From: Eledone cirrhosa
Taxonomy: Eukaryota
Assembly (NCBI GenBank): GCA_964016885.1
Contig: OZ024742.1
Location: forward strand, 85,002,001-85,066,000
Reading direction: 5' to 3'
Length of the DNA stretch: 64,000 nt
Shown here: piece after piece, positions 45,772-59,352 of the stretch
Position numbering within the stretch: position 1 is the first letter of the stretch
Layout: the number at the start of each line of letters is the position of its first letter
Notes under the pieces: generated by a model
The model's input: only the letters and a program-made list of their open reading frames with translations
What the model was told of the DNA's origin: nothing
Database searches by the model: none
Translations under genes and position numbers: made by a program

Positions 45772-45861
45772 ATAATTGTTTCTACATTTGGCACAAGTCC
45801 ACCAATTACCCAGTGCACTACTGGTACTTTATGTTATCGACTCCGTAAGGATGAAAGACAA
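45772..45861 (-). mobile_element. SINE fragment (core and 3' part)
   Basis: ctggtactttatgttatcgactccgtaaggatgaaagacaa. Confidence 0.7.
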
Positions 45862-46247
45862 TAGTAGTGAGAAAGATTGAATTTGCAGCTAATGCAGCAT
45901 CTCTCGAAAGAACAAACGTCAGCAGCTTACACAAGCACTAGATCAAATGATATCGATAATTCGATGAATTAATTCTGAGAGTAATAAAAGTGATTTAAAG
46001 GTGAGACGAATTGAAAATTCCTGACTTGGTAAAAGAATGCCACAACAGCCACCACATCAACGAAAATACAAACAGGGTAATACGCACCTGGACCTAGTCG
46101 ATAGATATTATGAAATATCCTCAATTGGTTTCTGGGCCACGTAAATCAACAATCCATATTGAGCAATGCACAAGTCTGTACTGTATCAACATCGAACGTG
46201 GAATCACCTCATCAGCAAGAATTTCGTTCTGTGTATATATATATATA

Positions 46248-46472
46248 AGTATTAGAAAATGAGGTATATTCTACAAAATGAAAAATAAACGAGACGTCCT
46301 ACACGAGTGAAAGTATAAGGAAAAAAGATGAAGTCGAAAATGCAACTGGAGGGTTTATTCACAAACCCTCCATCTCAAACCTACTTTTGAAAAGCACAAG
46401 ATCTGTGAAACCGGTAAAGGAACCAAATAAATATTCTTAAAAAGTTGCATTTTCGACTTCATATTTTCCCCT
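46248..46472. mobile_element. Family B pseudo-LTR with inverted tip and U3-A8 HHR (46384-46420)
   Basis: 46250-46350 matches the reverse complement of ~26755-26853; ctt-TTGAAAA-gcacaagatctgt-GAAA-ccgg-TA-aagg. Confidence 0.75.
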
Positions 46473-46479
46473 ATAAATA

Positions 46480-46513
<34 letters not shown>

Positions 46514-46569
46514 GTGGTAGAACACTGGAACGTAATATCCGAGTTAGGTATAAGTGGTTACACAACAGT

Positions 46570-46700
46570 TAATTCACCATACCGAGAACAATTGTTCTCG
46601 TTATGGTGAACTAAACGTTTCGACGGCTATTTCTGGACTCACTCCAGAAATAGCCGTCGAAACGGCTTGAGCTCTGCTGTCGGGGTCATACTTTTTCCTA
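46570..46700. mobile_element. Two adjacent hairpins; the second is a family F half-HHR fold-back
   Basis: ttcaccata-c-cgagaacaattgttctcg-t-tatggtgaa, then cgtttcgacggctatttctgga-ctcac-tccagaaatagccgtcgaaacg. Confidence 0.7.
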
Positions 46701-46871
46701 TATATATAAGGGATAACAAAATATCGTTATAGGTAATGCAGTTAGAGGTTGTGAATACTTCGCATTATGGCTAGTTTTAGCGTATGGCGTTGTTTGACTC
46801 AACAAAAGATTTACGTAGATAGCGAGTTTATGTGTTCTCTTGAATTCCTATGTAAGTTTATCTTGGAGTAA

Positions 46872-47108
46872 TAATATTGAAAGAGTGAAGGATAACATGG
46901 TCAACAGTACCAAAAAGGGTTTTATTTACAGTCTGACAATTGTTTCACTGATTAAGCTGTGTAAAAATTGATGAACCCCTGAAGCAGTGCCACTCAATTT
47001 TAAATACGCTGTTAACTTAACCAGATCATTGGAGATAACAATTGTAAGACTGTAAATATAAAACCCTTTTTTGTACTGTTGACCATGTTATTCTCCACGT
47101 TTTCAATA
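46872..47108. mobile_element. Diverged fold-back element with HHR 3' halves at the inner arm ends
   Basis: 46872-46945 is the reverse complement of ~47034-47108; minus-strand arm reads GAAA-caattg-TC-agact. Confidence 0.6.
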
Positions 47109-47114
47109 TATATA

Positions 47115-47570
<456 letters not shown>

Positions 47571-48287
47571 CATACACATGCATACATTTTAAATCAGTCA
47601 CCATCAAAATGTTCATTTTATGGTGTCATATCATTTATCATCTTATTCGATAATAAAAAATAGTACACAGTGTGAAAATTCTCAGTACAATGTATACTTG
47701 ATTGAATTTCTAATTATATACATTTTCCTTTGTTTATAGCCAGCGGAGTTACTATCGATTGTATTTAGCTATCATTTCGAGACTACAAATTCTTCTAACA
47801 AACGATATATTTATGCATACATTATAGAAATGAATTCTACATAGCTAGAAATGTTTCATTCCTTTAAAGTCACCAGGACTCTCCTGACTCCTACAGTCGG
47901 TGTCACCAGCTTAAACGGAACAAACTGATTTTTTGCTGCTACGTTCAATATTAATGGTGACAGAGTTAAGATCAACACTAGGAGAGTATAAAAAGAAAAT
48001 TACAGACAAAATTGTGAACACTTCCCATTATATATGTATGAAAAAATGTGTTTTTCCTCATATAATTGTTCATATTAATATTCAATGTAATTGCACTATA
48101 CACTTCTGTCGTGTGAAGAAGCAAACAGACTGAATCCGGTACAAATAATGCGGAAATTCCTATTTTGTACATAAATGTTTTGATGTTATTCTGAGAGAAT
48201 ATCCCTTTTAACATTTTCTACTGTTATTTTTATTTTACTATCTTTTAGATATATATATCGATTCGTGAGTCACTTCTCTATATTGAT

Positions 48288-48473
48288 GGTGGATTGGCAG
48301 TATCGGTAGAGGGTCAGACGCCATGCTTTCTAGCATAGTTATGTCCCTTTATGATCTCAGTTCAAATCCCGCCGAGGTTAACTTTGCCTTTCATCCTTAC
48401 GGGGTCGATAAAATAAAGTACCAGTAATGTACTAGTTAATTGATGGCCTTGTGCCAAAAAGTAGAAACAATTA
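48288..48473 (+). mobile_element. tRNA-derived SINE, full length
   Basis: ggtggattggcagtatcgg (A box)...agttcaaatcccgccg (B box)...gcctttcatccttacggggtcgataaaataaagtaccag. Confidence 0.82.
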
Positions 48474-48729
48474 TATATATATATATTAATTTCAACAATG
48501 TCAGTATACCGCGTGTCATAATTTTCGATTATCATTGGATCATAGGTTTCAAACGACTCCGCCCACCTCAACGACACCAAACTTAAACTAATATGCATAA
48601 TGCCAATGAGGGAGTGAGAGGGGAGAGTAAGAAACAGAGAGGCAAAGTGAACGCTGTAACTATTACCATGTGTGCGTGTGTATGTACGTGCGCGTATGTT
48701 TATGTGTGTGTGCGTGCGTTCAGCGTTCC

Positions 48730-48965
48730 ACAGAAAGTAAAGTCAATTCGACTTTATCAAACAGTGAACTACAGCGGCGACAACGTGCAGCCAGGAATAT
48801 AGAAAAACGGGCCGAACAGCGCCACCGGAACGCCGAACTTCAGCGGCGAAGACGTGTCGCCACGAATGAAAAGGAGCTGACTGTACAACGCCAACGAAAC
48901 ACTGGAGCCAAGCAGCTACGGCGTGCTGCGATGGTTGAAGACGAACTGGCTGAGCATCATCTTTT
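48730..48965 (+). pseudogene. R/E/Q-rich ~23-aa repeats, possibly a Helitron N-terminal fragment
   Basis: NSELQRRQRAARNIEKRAEQRHR / NAELQRRRRVATNEKELTVQRQR / NTGAKQLRRAAMVEDELAEH; GC-rich island. Confidence 0.4.
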
Positions 48966-49689
48966 ATATTAATTATCTATATCTATATCTACATATAATA
49001 CAAAAGATTGGAACTTCCACATCCTTTTGAGAAACGTGGAACAATGTCTATGCAATGATACACGCTTTACAGTCATGCAGAAGATGAACCATCTCCTAGA
49101 GGTCACTATTCTAGGAGGGAGCACGTAGAATTGTTCATATACTATGCACAAACGGTACAACGAAGAATCTGGTATATCTGGAAGATTTCTTTTACTGTTT
49201 TTGCCTGTATCACACCGATACCACGGACTCACCTCATACTGTAACCAGACAAACATCCAATACAGTCATTTTCTCTTTTACCTGTCTTCTCTTGTCATCT
49301 GTTTACCCGGGCGAAGCTGGCTACGTAAGCTAGTATATATATATATATATATATATGTGTGAATGAATGAAGTAATTCCATCGGAAAAGTCCAGGAAAAA
49401 AGAGTGCTCTATGTAGGCAACAGAGCTTAATTATTGACACTCCTATGATAAATCAACCGCCTTGAACTCCTTTTCTGCTCTTTACTTCTGCTACGGTTTT
49501 TATTTTGCTGATTCTACGTTCTGTACTCTTGTATATTTAAAAAAAAAAAGTTTTTTTCTTTCTCGCTTACCTCCCCTCATATTTTACCTCCTCTTATGCC
49601 CCCCCCCATATTTTCTTTTTGTTTTGCCCTTCACATACCTATGTGTATGTATTTTTGTGTGTATATATATATATATGTATATATGTATG

Positions 49690-49734
<45 letters not shown>

Positions 49735-49804
49735 ATGTGTATGTGTATATATATGTATATTTGTGTGTGTATATGTATGTATATGTGGATAAACCAGGTT
49801 TTTT

Positions 49805-49862
49805 TTCATTCTGAAGATTGAAGGAAACATTTTTTGCTTTTAAGAAACCTCTGGTGAATGGA
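49805..49862 (+). ncRNA. Hammerhead motif, family K (cleavage site mutated to TG)
   Basis: ttcatt-CTGAAGA-ttgaagg...cttttaa-GAAA-cc(tct)gg-TG-aatgga; homologue at 57314-57371. Confidence 0.65.
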
Positions 49863-50008
49863 ATAATTGCCTTATGTTGCTTTATTACTTTACTACTATA
49901 TATACGTTTATGTAAGGTTTATTTGTCTTATCTAAGACTGAGTTTTTACACATACACACATGTATATGTGTGTGTGTATGTGTATGCATATGTGTATATG
50001 TACGTCTA

Positions 50009-50076
<68 letters not shown>

Positions 50077-50255
50077 TGTATGTAAGTATGTGTGTGTGTG
50101 TATTTATATATGTATGTGTGTGTGTGTGTGTGTGTGTTTGTATTTGGTTGTGCGTGTTTTTGATATATACGTATTTGCATGTGTATAATTGTTTAGCTAT
50201 GTATGTATATGTGTGTATACGTATATATGTGTGTGTGTGTGTGCGTTTATATTTT

Positions 50256-50293
<38 letters not shown>

Positions 50294-50487
50294 GATAAAT
50301 CTACCAAGAGTTTACGGTAGTGTCCAATCCGTATGGAGAACTCAATGTAGTCCGGATATCATGGAAAGAAGAGATGCAATGACAAATCACTTTCGGTGAA
50401 AGATAAACGGAATACAGAGTCAAGATAAAATATTAAAAAAATAATGAATAAAACAATGAAACAGTTCCTTATATTAAACGAAAAAAG

Positions 50488-50642
50488 TTCATTATTTAAC
50501 GATCGTTTCTAGGATATATATGTGTTAGAATTGGCATGCATATTCAACAGATCTATGTACAAAATTATACAAAATTATACAAACTATCAAGATTAAATAT
50601 ACATACCAAACACACATATATGCCGTCTTCAGAAATAATGAA
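50488..50642 (-). ncRNA. Type-I hammerhead with ~116-nt stem II (sense pseudo-LTR copy)
   Basis: Reverse complement of 56270-56424. Confidence 0.8.
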
Positions 50643-51252
50643 ATATATTTATTGATAATAACAACAATTCAAAATTTCAGGTCCGTTTGGGAACGGAGTT
50701 CAAATTGACCAATGAAAATACAAAAAAATTTATGCAGTTTGGTGTGTGTATATACATGTAATTAACTTCGTACACATATTTATACAAAGCTATATGCTCA
50801 CATGCATACGCATGCCAAAAAGATGTATGCAAATACAAAAATTCAAGGCTAATGTCTCTGTAAGTTTATAATCCACAGATAAAATGCGTATAGACACATA
50901 AATATGAAATAAATGTATACACATATTCACATACTCACACATATCCGTACACTCACACACACACGCGCGTATATGTATAAACATACACATAATTACGAAC
51001 ATACATACACACACACACCCCCACACACATATATATGTGTGGATATAGCATTATCATAAGCACATGGATATTAATGCACGCACATAAACACTGCCACACA
51101 CATTTAGATCAAGATACAGAAATTAGGTGGGAGGGGGGGAGAGGTCAGTATTCAACGGTTTCGGCAGACTGCTTATTTATAGATGTATCTATAAACTTAG
51201 AAATAAAAATAAAAGAAAAGAAAAAGAAAAAAGAAAAAAGAAATATATCAAG

Positions 51253-51328
<76 letters not shown>

Positions 51329-52905
51329 TACACATACAACACACACACACACACATATATAAACATATACATATATATATACACATACATACACACACAC
51401 ATATATATATATACACACATACATACACATATATACACACACACATATATACACACCCATATATATATATATACACGCACATATACATACACATACATAC
51501 TTATATACATACAGACATACACATACATACATATATATACACACATATACATACAGACATACATACATACATACATATACACACACATACATACACACAC
51601 ATACATACTCATACATAGACATAGATATATATTCACACACACATACGCACTTACATATACGCATATATACAAATACATACGCATCCATATATCCGTATAT
51701 ACATACAAACACCACTACACTCTCACACAACTCAGACTTACAAAGAAAAAGGTATATACATATACATATATACACATATAAATAGAGATACATATACACA
51801 TATATATATATATACATATATATATATACACATATATATACATATATATATATATACATATACATACATGTACACACACATACATATACATACATACACA
51901 TATACACACATACATATATAGTCACACACACACACACACCTACACATACATACACATACACATATATAAAGATATATATACACACATACACACACATACA
52001 TATATAATAAATATATATATATATATATATATACATACATATATATACACATATACATACACATATACATACATACATACACATACATACATACATATAC
52101 ACACATATATATACACACATACACACATACATACATACACACACACATACATACACACACATACATACTCATACATAGACATAGATATATATTCACACAC
52201 ACATACGCACTTACATATACGCATATATACAAATACATACGCATCCATATATGCGTATATACATACAAACACCACTACACTCTCACACAACTCAGACATA
52301 CAAAGAAAAAGGTATATACATATACATATATACACACATAAATAGAGATACATATACACATATATATATATATATACATACATATATATATATATATACC
52401 CACACACACATACAACCATAAACACACATACAAACACATACATACACACATATAAACATATATATACACACACACAAAAACACACATACACATATATATT
52501 TACATATATATATATACATATACACACTCTCACATATATATATATACACATAAGTTATATTATAATAATAAATAATATATATATATACACATACAAATAT
52601 ATATATACATAGACATACATATATATATACACACACACACACACACTCACATATATATGTGCGCACACGTACACACATACACATACACACATATACACAT
52701 AAACATATATATGTGCATATATGTACATACACACATATACCCACATAGATACGAAGATACACTTATATATAGAGAGACATACATATACATACACATATAT
52801 ACACACACATACATACACACATATATATACACACACATACACGCCCACACATACATACATATATACATATACATATATATATATATATATGTATACATAT
52901 ATACA

Positions 52906-52959
<54 letters not shown>

Positions 52960-54164
52960 ATCATACATCCTTATTTGCATGCGCATATATGTATTTTTAT
53001 ACTCAGATATAAACACCCAAACATATATACACCTACCTACATATATATTCATACATACACGCTTACAAATACAGATAATAATAGTATGGAGGAGAGGGGG
53101 GGGGGGGAGAAGGGGATTATAGTAAATATATGTTTCAAGAAACATAGAATATTAATCTGTATTTGGATCTCAATATATGTTTTTACATAGTTTCAGTGTT
53201 AGGAAATGCAAGAAATAAGGCAAAATTATGCATTTCAATATAAGTATACCATTAATTATAGGTTAACTAAACTAAAGATAGTTAACATATTGATTTCTAA
53301 GGTGTAAATTAGTTAGGTTTATAATATTTGAAGCAGAATTTTGAAGTTAAATAGTAGTAGAGTATTAATTATAGTAAAACTAAATTAAAATTATTAACGT
53401 TATGGTATCAATATTAGGAAATGAATTTAGTAATAGGGAAAAAACAAATAAAGTATTACATCGGTAGTAGAATATAAATTATAGGTTAACTAAATTAAAA
53501 ATTATATATTAATTTCTATAGTATATGTTAATTAGATATATAATAAATAAAACAGATATTGTATTTTATCAATAGCAGAATATAATTATATGTAAACAGA
53601 AATCAAAATTAATACATATACATATACATATATATACATATATATATATATACACATATATATACATACATACACATACATATACATACATACATATACA
53701 TATTTTTTCAAAAATTGCAAAGAATATATTAACTAGGTATACATCCAAAACACATCCCATTCTATGATTACATGACACTCTGCAATCCGTCTGTATTAGG
53801 ATACTAATTTTAAGCCAATTAAATTAAATTTTTAGGTTGACTAAATTTAAAACCAAATTATAAATATATTTCTAAAATGTATATTAATTAGGTCTATAAT
53901 ACTAAAAATTATTTCTCTGTCATTGAACACACGATATTTTGTTATATTTTATCTGTAAAGGAATTTTAATAAAGGGTTAAATAAATTAAAATTAATCTAT
54001 AAATTAAATTACTAAGTATATATTAGTAATATTTAAAGGTTTTTCACAATTAATTATTACACAATATTTTATATTCTCATCTGTAGTAGAATTTTAATTA
54101 AACTAAATTTATAGGTTAACTAACATTTAAATTAAATTATATATTAATTTCTAAAATAATGTTA

Positions 54165-55639
54165 TTAATTAGGTTTATAATATTTAAATGTTTTTTTAAA
54201 TTTATGATTACACGATATAATTAATTCCTGTCGTTTATTTAATAGGATATCCTTAGATTTCATTATTTCAAATAGTTCTTGGGAACATAATCTACATTCA
54301 TTTCTATTATTTTGATAAGGGGTGGCTCTTTTGAGCACACTCCAGGTCAAATCATATTCTATATTCTTATTTTTATAACTATTGATTTTTTCTGCTAGAG
54401 ATGTTGTATTAGCCAGTGCGGCATTTTTAAAACTATGCTTGTGGGTATTAAACCTTGTCTTAAAATTGTTAGAAGTAGCTCCTATATATGAGCAAATAGA
54501 ATCTTTAGTTTTAACATTACATTTATAGACTATGTTGTTAACAAGACAATTCCCTTTTAATGGGCAGTTTGCTTTGTTTCTACAGTTACAACCTTTCGTT
54601 AATTCTGTATTTGAGGAGATATTATGGTTAGTTTGATGTATTGGTGGTATACTTATGGTTTTCTTACATTTATATGCATTATAGGCACTTATATTTTGTT
54701 TTATGTTATTTGTTGTTGAGTATGAGAATTTAACTGTAGACCTATTTAAGATTTGATGGTATTTGTGGTTTGGCGGGAAGTTTTTCTCTAGGATATAAAA
54801 AATTTTTTTAGCAATATTATCCTTAATTTGTAAATTAAATGGAGCATTATACCAAGTAACCCGTCTATTACGGTTTCTATGTTGTTTATTATTTTTATTA
54901 TTTTTATAGGTTGTATCGTGATGTTTACTAGGAGGATTAATGTTAATGATCTCACCACAACCATTTTTAGTTATATTTGTAGATTTAGGTGTTTTATCTT
55001 TTTTATTAGGAGTTTTATTATTAATATTTATTAGAGTTGTATTATGAGTAGTTTTTTGAGAGTTACCATATTTTATATTAGAAGATTTGGTATTTTGGGG
55101 TATAGTGTGGGTGGCATTTAGGTGTGTACTTTTCATTTGGTGTTTGTTGGTAATATTAGGTTGTATGTTTTTAGTATTTTTAGTAGAAGGTATATATTCT
55201 AATCTATTTTTGTGGCCACTTCTATCTAGAGCTTCGTTATAGAAGGTCGCATTTTTATCAAATACATCTTGGTTAGAAGAAAGGTTAGAAATTCTAAGTG
55301 ATATATTATATGCAAGGTTTTTAAGGATAGATTTAGGGTGATTAGATTGTGAGTGTATGTAATGTAAGTTTTGGTTTGGTTTATGGTAAGGTTGGTAGAT
55401 ACCCGTAGCTAAATCTAAAGTTATATCTAGGAAATTTACTACTTTACTTGTTTTTTCAAAAGTAATATGAAGATTATAATAGTCTTTAAGGAAAGTTCTA
55501 ATATGTTTTTTGTTTTTTTCTATTTCTGAAAGGCTAAGGTTGTTAGAAAGAAGAAGACAGTCATCACGATATAAACCACCTTTAAGGTGGGGAAAGGAGG
55601 CATTTATGTTGAAAAGGAGAAAGAGGCCCACAAGATCAG
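54165..55639 (-). CDS. PLE RT C-terminal half + GIY-YIG endonuclease (~490 aa, 5'-truncated)
   Basis: DLVGLFLL, GGLYRDDCL, VNFLDITLDL, YHKPN..YIH..SNHP, TWYNAPF, KFSYST, CNCRNKANCPLKGNCL..IVYKC, YIGATSNNFKTRFNTH, CRLC..E, LNKRQE...CNH; no internal stops. Confidence 0.92.
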
Positions 55640-56269
55640 TATATATATATATATATTTTCTTGATATATTTCTTTTTTCTTTTTTCTTTTTCTTTTCTTT
55701 TATTTTTATTTCTAAGTTTATAGATACATCTATAAATAAGCAGTCTGCCGAAACCGTTGAATACTGACCTCTCCCCCCCTCCCACCTAATTTCTGTATCT
55801 TGATCTAAATGTGTGTGGCAGTGTTTATGTGCGTGCATTAATATCCATGTGCTTATGATAATGCTATATCCACACATATATATGTGTGTGGGGGTGTGTG
55901 TGTGTATGTATGTTCGTAATTATGTGTATGTTTATACATATACGCGCGTGTGTGTGTGAGTGTACGGATATGTGTGAGTATGTGAATATGTGTATACATT
56001 TATTTCATATTTATGTGTCTATACGCATTTTATCTGTGGATTATAAACTTACAGAGACATTAGCCTTGAATTTTTGTATTTGCATACATCCTTTTGGCAT
56101 GCGTATGCATGTGAGCATATAGCTTTGTATAAATATGTGTACGAAGTTAATTACATGTATATACACACACCAAACTGCATAAACATTTTTGTATTTTCAT
56201 TGGTCAATTTGAACTCCGTTCCCAAACGGACCTGAAATTTTGAATTGTTGTTATTATCAATAAATATAT

Positions 56270-56424
56270 TTCATTATTTCTGAAGACGGCATATATGTGT
56301 GTTTGGTATGTATATTTAATCTTGATAGTTTGTATAATTTTGTATAATTTTGTACATAGATCTGTTGAATATGCATGCCAATTCTAACACATATATATCC
56401 TAGAAACGATCGTTAAATAATGAA
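56270..56424 (+). ncRNA. Type-I hammerhead with ~116-nt stem II (inverted pseudo-LTR copy)
   Basis: ttcattattt-CTGAAGA-[atatatgtgt/acacatatat; ttggtatgtatatttaa/ttgaatatgcatgccaa]-GAAA-cgatcg-TT-aaataatgaa; perfect 10-bp stem I. Confidence 0.82.
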
Positions 56425-57002
56425 CTTTTTTTGTTTAATATAAGGAACTGTTTCATTGTTTTATTCATTATTTTTTTAATATTTTATATATATATATATA
56501 TAGATATATGTGTGTGTATGTGTATATAATTACATATACATGTGTGCGTGTTTATATTGTATACGTGTGCGTGTTTGTGTATGTATGTGTATGTATGTGT
56601 TTATGTATTTGTATTTGTACATTTATGTGTGAGAGTGTGTGTATGTGTTTACTATTTCGTACGTATGTATACGTGCTTTTGTGTGTATTACTTACCACGC
56701 GTGTCTGTCCTGTTAGCTGGTTCATGTAACGATGTCAAAAATATTTTAATATATATATATATATATATTTTTTTTTTTCTTATATTTATTTGCGTGTGTG
56801 AATATGTAGAGGAGTGCATTCATGTATGTGTATGTATGTACGTTTTGTATGTTTGTGTGAATGTATGTATGTATATATGTGTGTGTGTATGGCTATGTTT
56901 GTGTATGTGTATGCTTGTACACACACATGTGTATGTGTATGTGTGTGTATGTATATATATATATATATATATATGTACATATATATATGTGTGTGTGTAT
57001 GC

Positions 57003-57038
<36 letters not shown>

Positions 57039-57313
57039 ATGAATGTATGTATGTGTATATGTGTGTATATATGTGTATGTGTATGTAAGTGTACGTTTTA
57101 TATATATGTGTATATGTATATATGTATGCGTACATATATATATATGTATATATGTATGTGTGTGTAAGTATGCTTTTGTGTTTTTTTGTGTGTGTGTTTG
57201 CATGTGTAGTTTTATTTTACTTTTCCTTTCCTTCTCACTTCTCCAGCCTCACTTTCATATAGATTGCATTTTTGTTTTTTAAAATCCAAATTCAATAAAC
57301 AAACCAGGATGTT

Positions 57314-57371
57314 TTCATCCTGAGGATTGAAAGCAAAACCTTTTGCTTTTAAGAAACCACTGGTAAATTGA
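57314..57371 (+). ncRNA. Hammerhead motif, family K
   Basis: ttcatc-CTGAGGA-ttgaaagcaaa(acct)tttgcttttaa-GAAA-cca(c)tgg-TA-aattga; stem I partly decayed. Confidence 0.68.
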
Positions 57372-57398
57372 ATAATTGCCTTATGTTGTTTATTACAT

Positions 57399-57427
<29 letters not shown>

Positions 57428-57429
<2 letters not shown>

Positions 57430-57645
57430 GGAAAATGTTCAAGACCCCGACGGCAGAGCTCAAGCTGTTTCGACGGCTATTTCTGGACTAAAAACAGTCT
57501 TTAGTCCAGAAATAGCCTTCGAAACGGCTTGAACTCTGCCGTCGGAGTCTTGAACATTTTCTTATTACCGACTCTACTAACCAAAGTATTGAGTACTCTG
57601 GTGCGTTATCATACACCTGGTTTCTTATCACACGTCCTTCGTTTT
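57428..57645. mobile_element. Family F fold-back element
   Basis: 57431-57491 is approximately the reverse complement of 57501-57560; right arm GAAA-cggc-ttgaactct-gccg-TC-ggagt. Confidence 0.78.
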
Positions 57646-58014
57646 ATATATATATATATATATATATTTGTATTAATCTCCCAAGTCAAGCGATTAACCA
57701 GTTAATTATTTTTGGCTTTTTAGTTAAATCTATTGACTGATTAATCGCTTAAGTTTATTTTAAAACAACTCGGTCGAGAGCTTAATTCGTTTTGTGCGGT
57801 TTTTGCAAATGTTTGCAATAACTACACATGCTGAATTCACACGCTGAATACACATGCTGAATTCACTGGCCAAAATAGGGGTTTTCTCCCCTTAGAACCT
57901 CACATGTGCTTTCATAAACTGTGAGATTCTGGCGCACGAAGAACAAAAACCAGTTGAGAAAACGATGCCTTGTTCGATCATTATACCAAAAGCTTATTTT
58001 TCATAAGCAGACAG

Positions 58015-58190
58015 TATTATTGATAGGGTCGGACGCCATGCTTTGATGCATAGAGTGACGACCCTTGCCATTCTGAGTTCAAATCCCGCTGAGGTTAACT
58101 TTGCTTTTCATCCTTACGGGGTCGATAAAATAAAGTACCAGTAATGTACTGATAAATTGCTGGCCTTGTGCCAATAGTAGAAACAATTAT
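58015..58190 (+). mobile_element. tRNA-derived SINE
   Basis: gagttcaaatcccgctgagg...tttcatccttacggggtcgataaaataaagtaccag. Confidence 0.8.
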
Positions 58191-58474
58191 TGATTTAGGT
58201 TTTGCAGAAACCCAATTTCGGAGTATTCCATCTTCCCTGAGGGTCCGGGTAACTATTTCAATCATATCTTATTTTGTTTGACCCGTTTAGCTTGTTCGCG
58301 TTTTTGGCTAAGGTTGGTAATGGCTTCTTAACCATCGTCTCAGGGTGTGTATGACAATTTTACCTTATGTTTATAGCTCTGGTATCTTAACATCCATGGA
58401 GCGCTTGTCTGCACAATATGGAAGTTGCGTTTCGCTAATTTCTACCCGCCCAAATGCGATTCTCGCTAAATTTA

Positions 58475-58521
<47 letters not shown>

Positions 58522-59235
58522 CTATATGTCTGAGTCTGCTGTCAGAAGTAGCTGGACAGGAGATATTCGTAGAAGCAATCACATCTGTGCTGTCGTTTCA
58601 GCTTAGTACTTATTATCCTCCATACAATACGTTTCCATTTAAAATCTTCACTTCTGAAATTCGTTGACTAGCCATGTCGTCGTTGATAGGTCTGAACATG
58701 CATCTTGTAAATCACCAATTTAGATATTGAAGTTTAAGTATTATGGAATTCCTTTTTTATCTCTCACTCATCCTTTCCTAGTTGAAAATATTTTTGGATG
58801 CTTCTATCATTGCCATTAGAGAACTAGTCAACCAGTTCCCAGAAACAAAGAGTCATTTGATGAGCTTATATGCATATTTGTGTTCAAAGCCCTTTCTCAA
58901 AACTCTTTTGCGAAAAAGCTTTTTGAATCCTGGAAATCATCAGGTTGTTTGCTAGACTGGTATTTTTAGTTTGTAACTCTGGTGTTTCCACATTCTGCTT
59001 CAATATGGAGCATGCATTTCCATCAAATTAATTTGGTTTAGTGTATGCGAATAGAATACTATATATCGTATTATATTACTCTTGCTTAGCCTTTTTAAGT
59101 TATTCTTTCGTTTTGGAATGTTTGGTGTGTACTTCTAGTTGTTCATCCTTTACAGTATACGTCACCGTCAAGTTCCAGAAGAAAGACCGTTTCCAGCTAA
59201 ATAGATCGCTGCGTGACATTGTTTTTTTTCGTGTA

Positions 59236-59352
59236 ATAATTGTTTGTACTTTTGGCACAAAGCCACATTTATTCCAATAATTTACTGGTGCTTTGTTTAT
59301 CGATCCCGTAAGGATGAAAGGGAAAGTTAACTTCAGTGGGATTTGAACTCAG
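59236..59352 (-). mobile_element. tRNA-derived SINE, 5'-truncated
   Basis: tttatcgatcccgtaaggatgaaagggaaagttaac...ggatttgaactcag. Confidence 0.75.

Larger units (their letters stand above)
50291..56487 (-). mobile_element. Young 5'-truncated Nematis/Hydra-like PLE with ~845-bp inverted pseudo-LTR
   Basis: 50425-51270 is the near-identical reverse complement of 55640-56487; open RT-C/GIY-YIG frame; ~2.9-kb AT/microsatellite-rich segment between ORF and pseudo-LTR; (TA)n on both flanks. Confidence 0.9.

Noticed and set aside
48288-48375. tRNA gene
   Set aside because: A and B boxes belong to a dispersed SINE head; no cloverleaf.
54165-55639. Naiad-type selenoprotein PLE
   Set aside because: The endonuclease is C-terminal and the frame has no in-frame TGA, unlike N-terminal-EN Naiads.
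55640-55877. N-terminal ~79 aa of the 570-aa ORF (also ORF 51035-51781)
   Set aside because: Chance read-through from the inverted pseudo-LTR; PLE homology starts only after the TA junction at ~55639.
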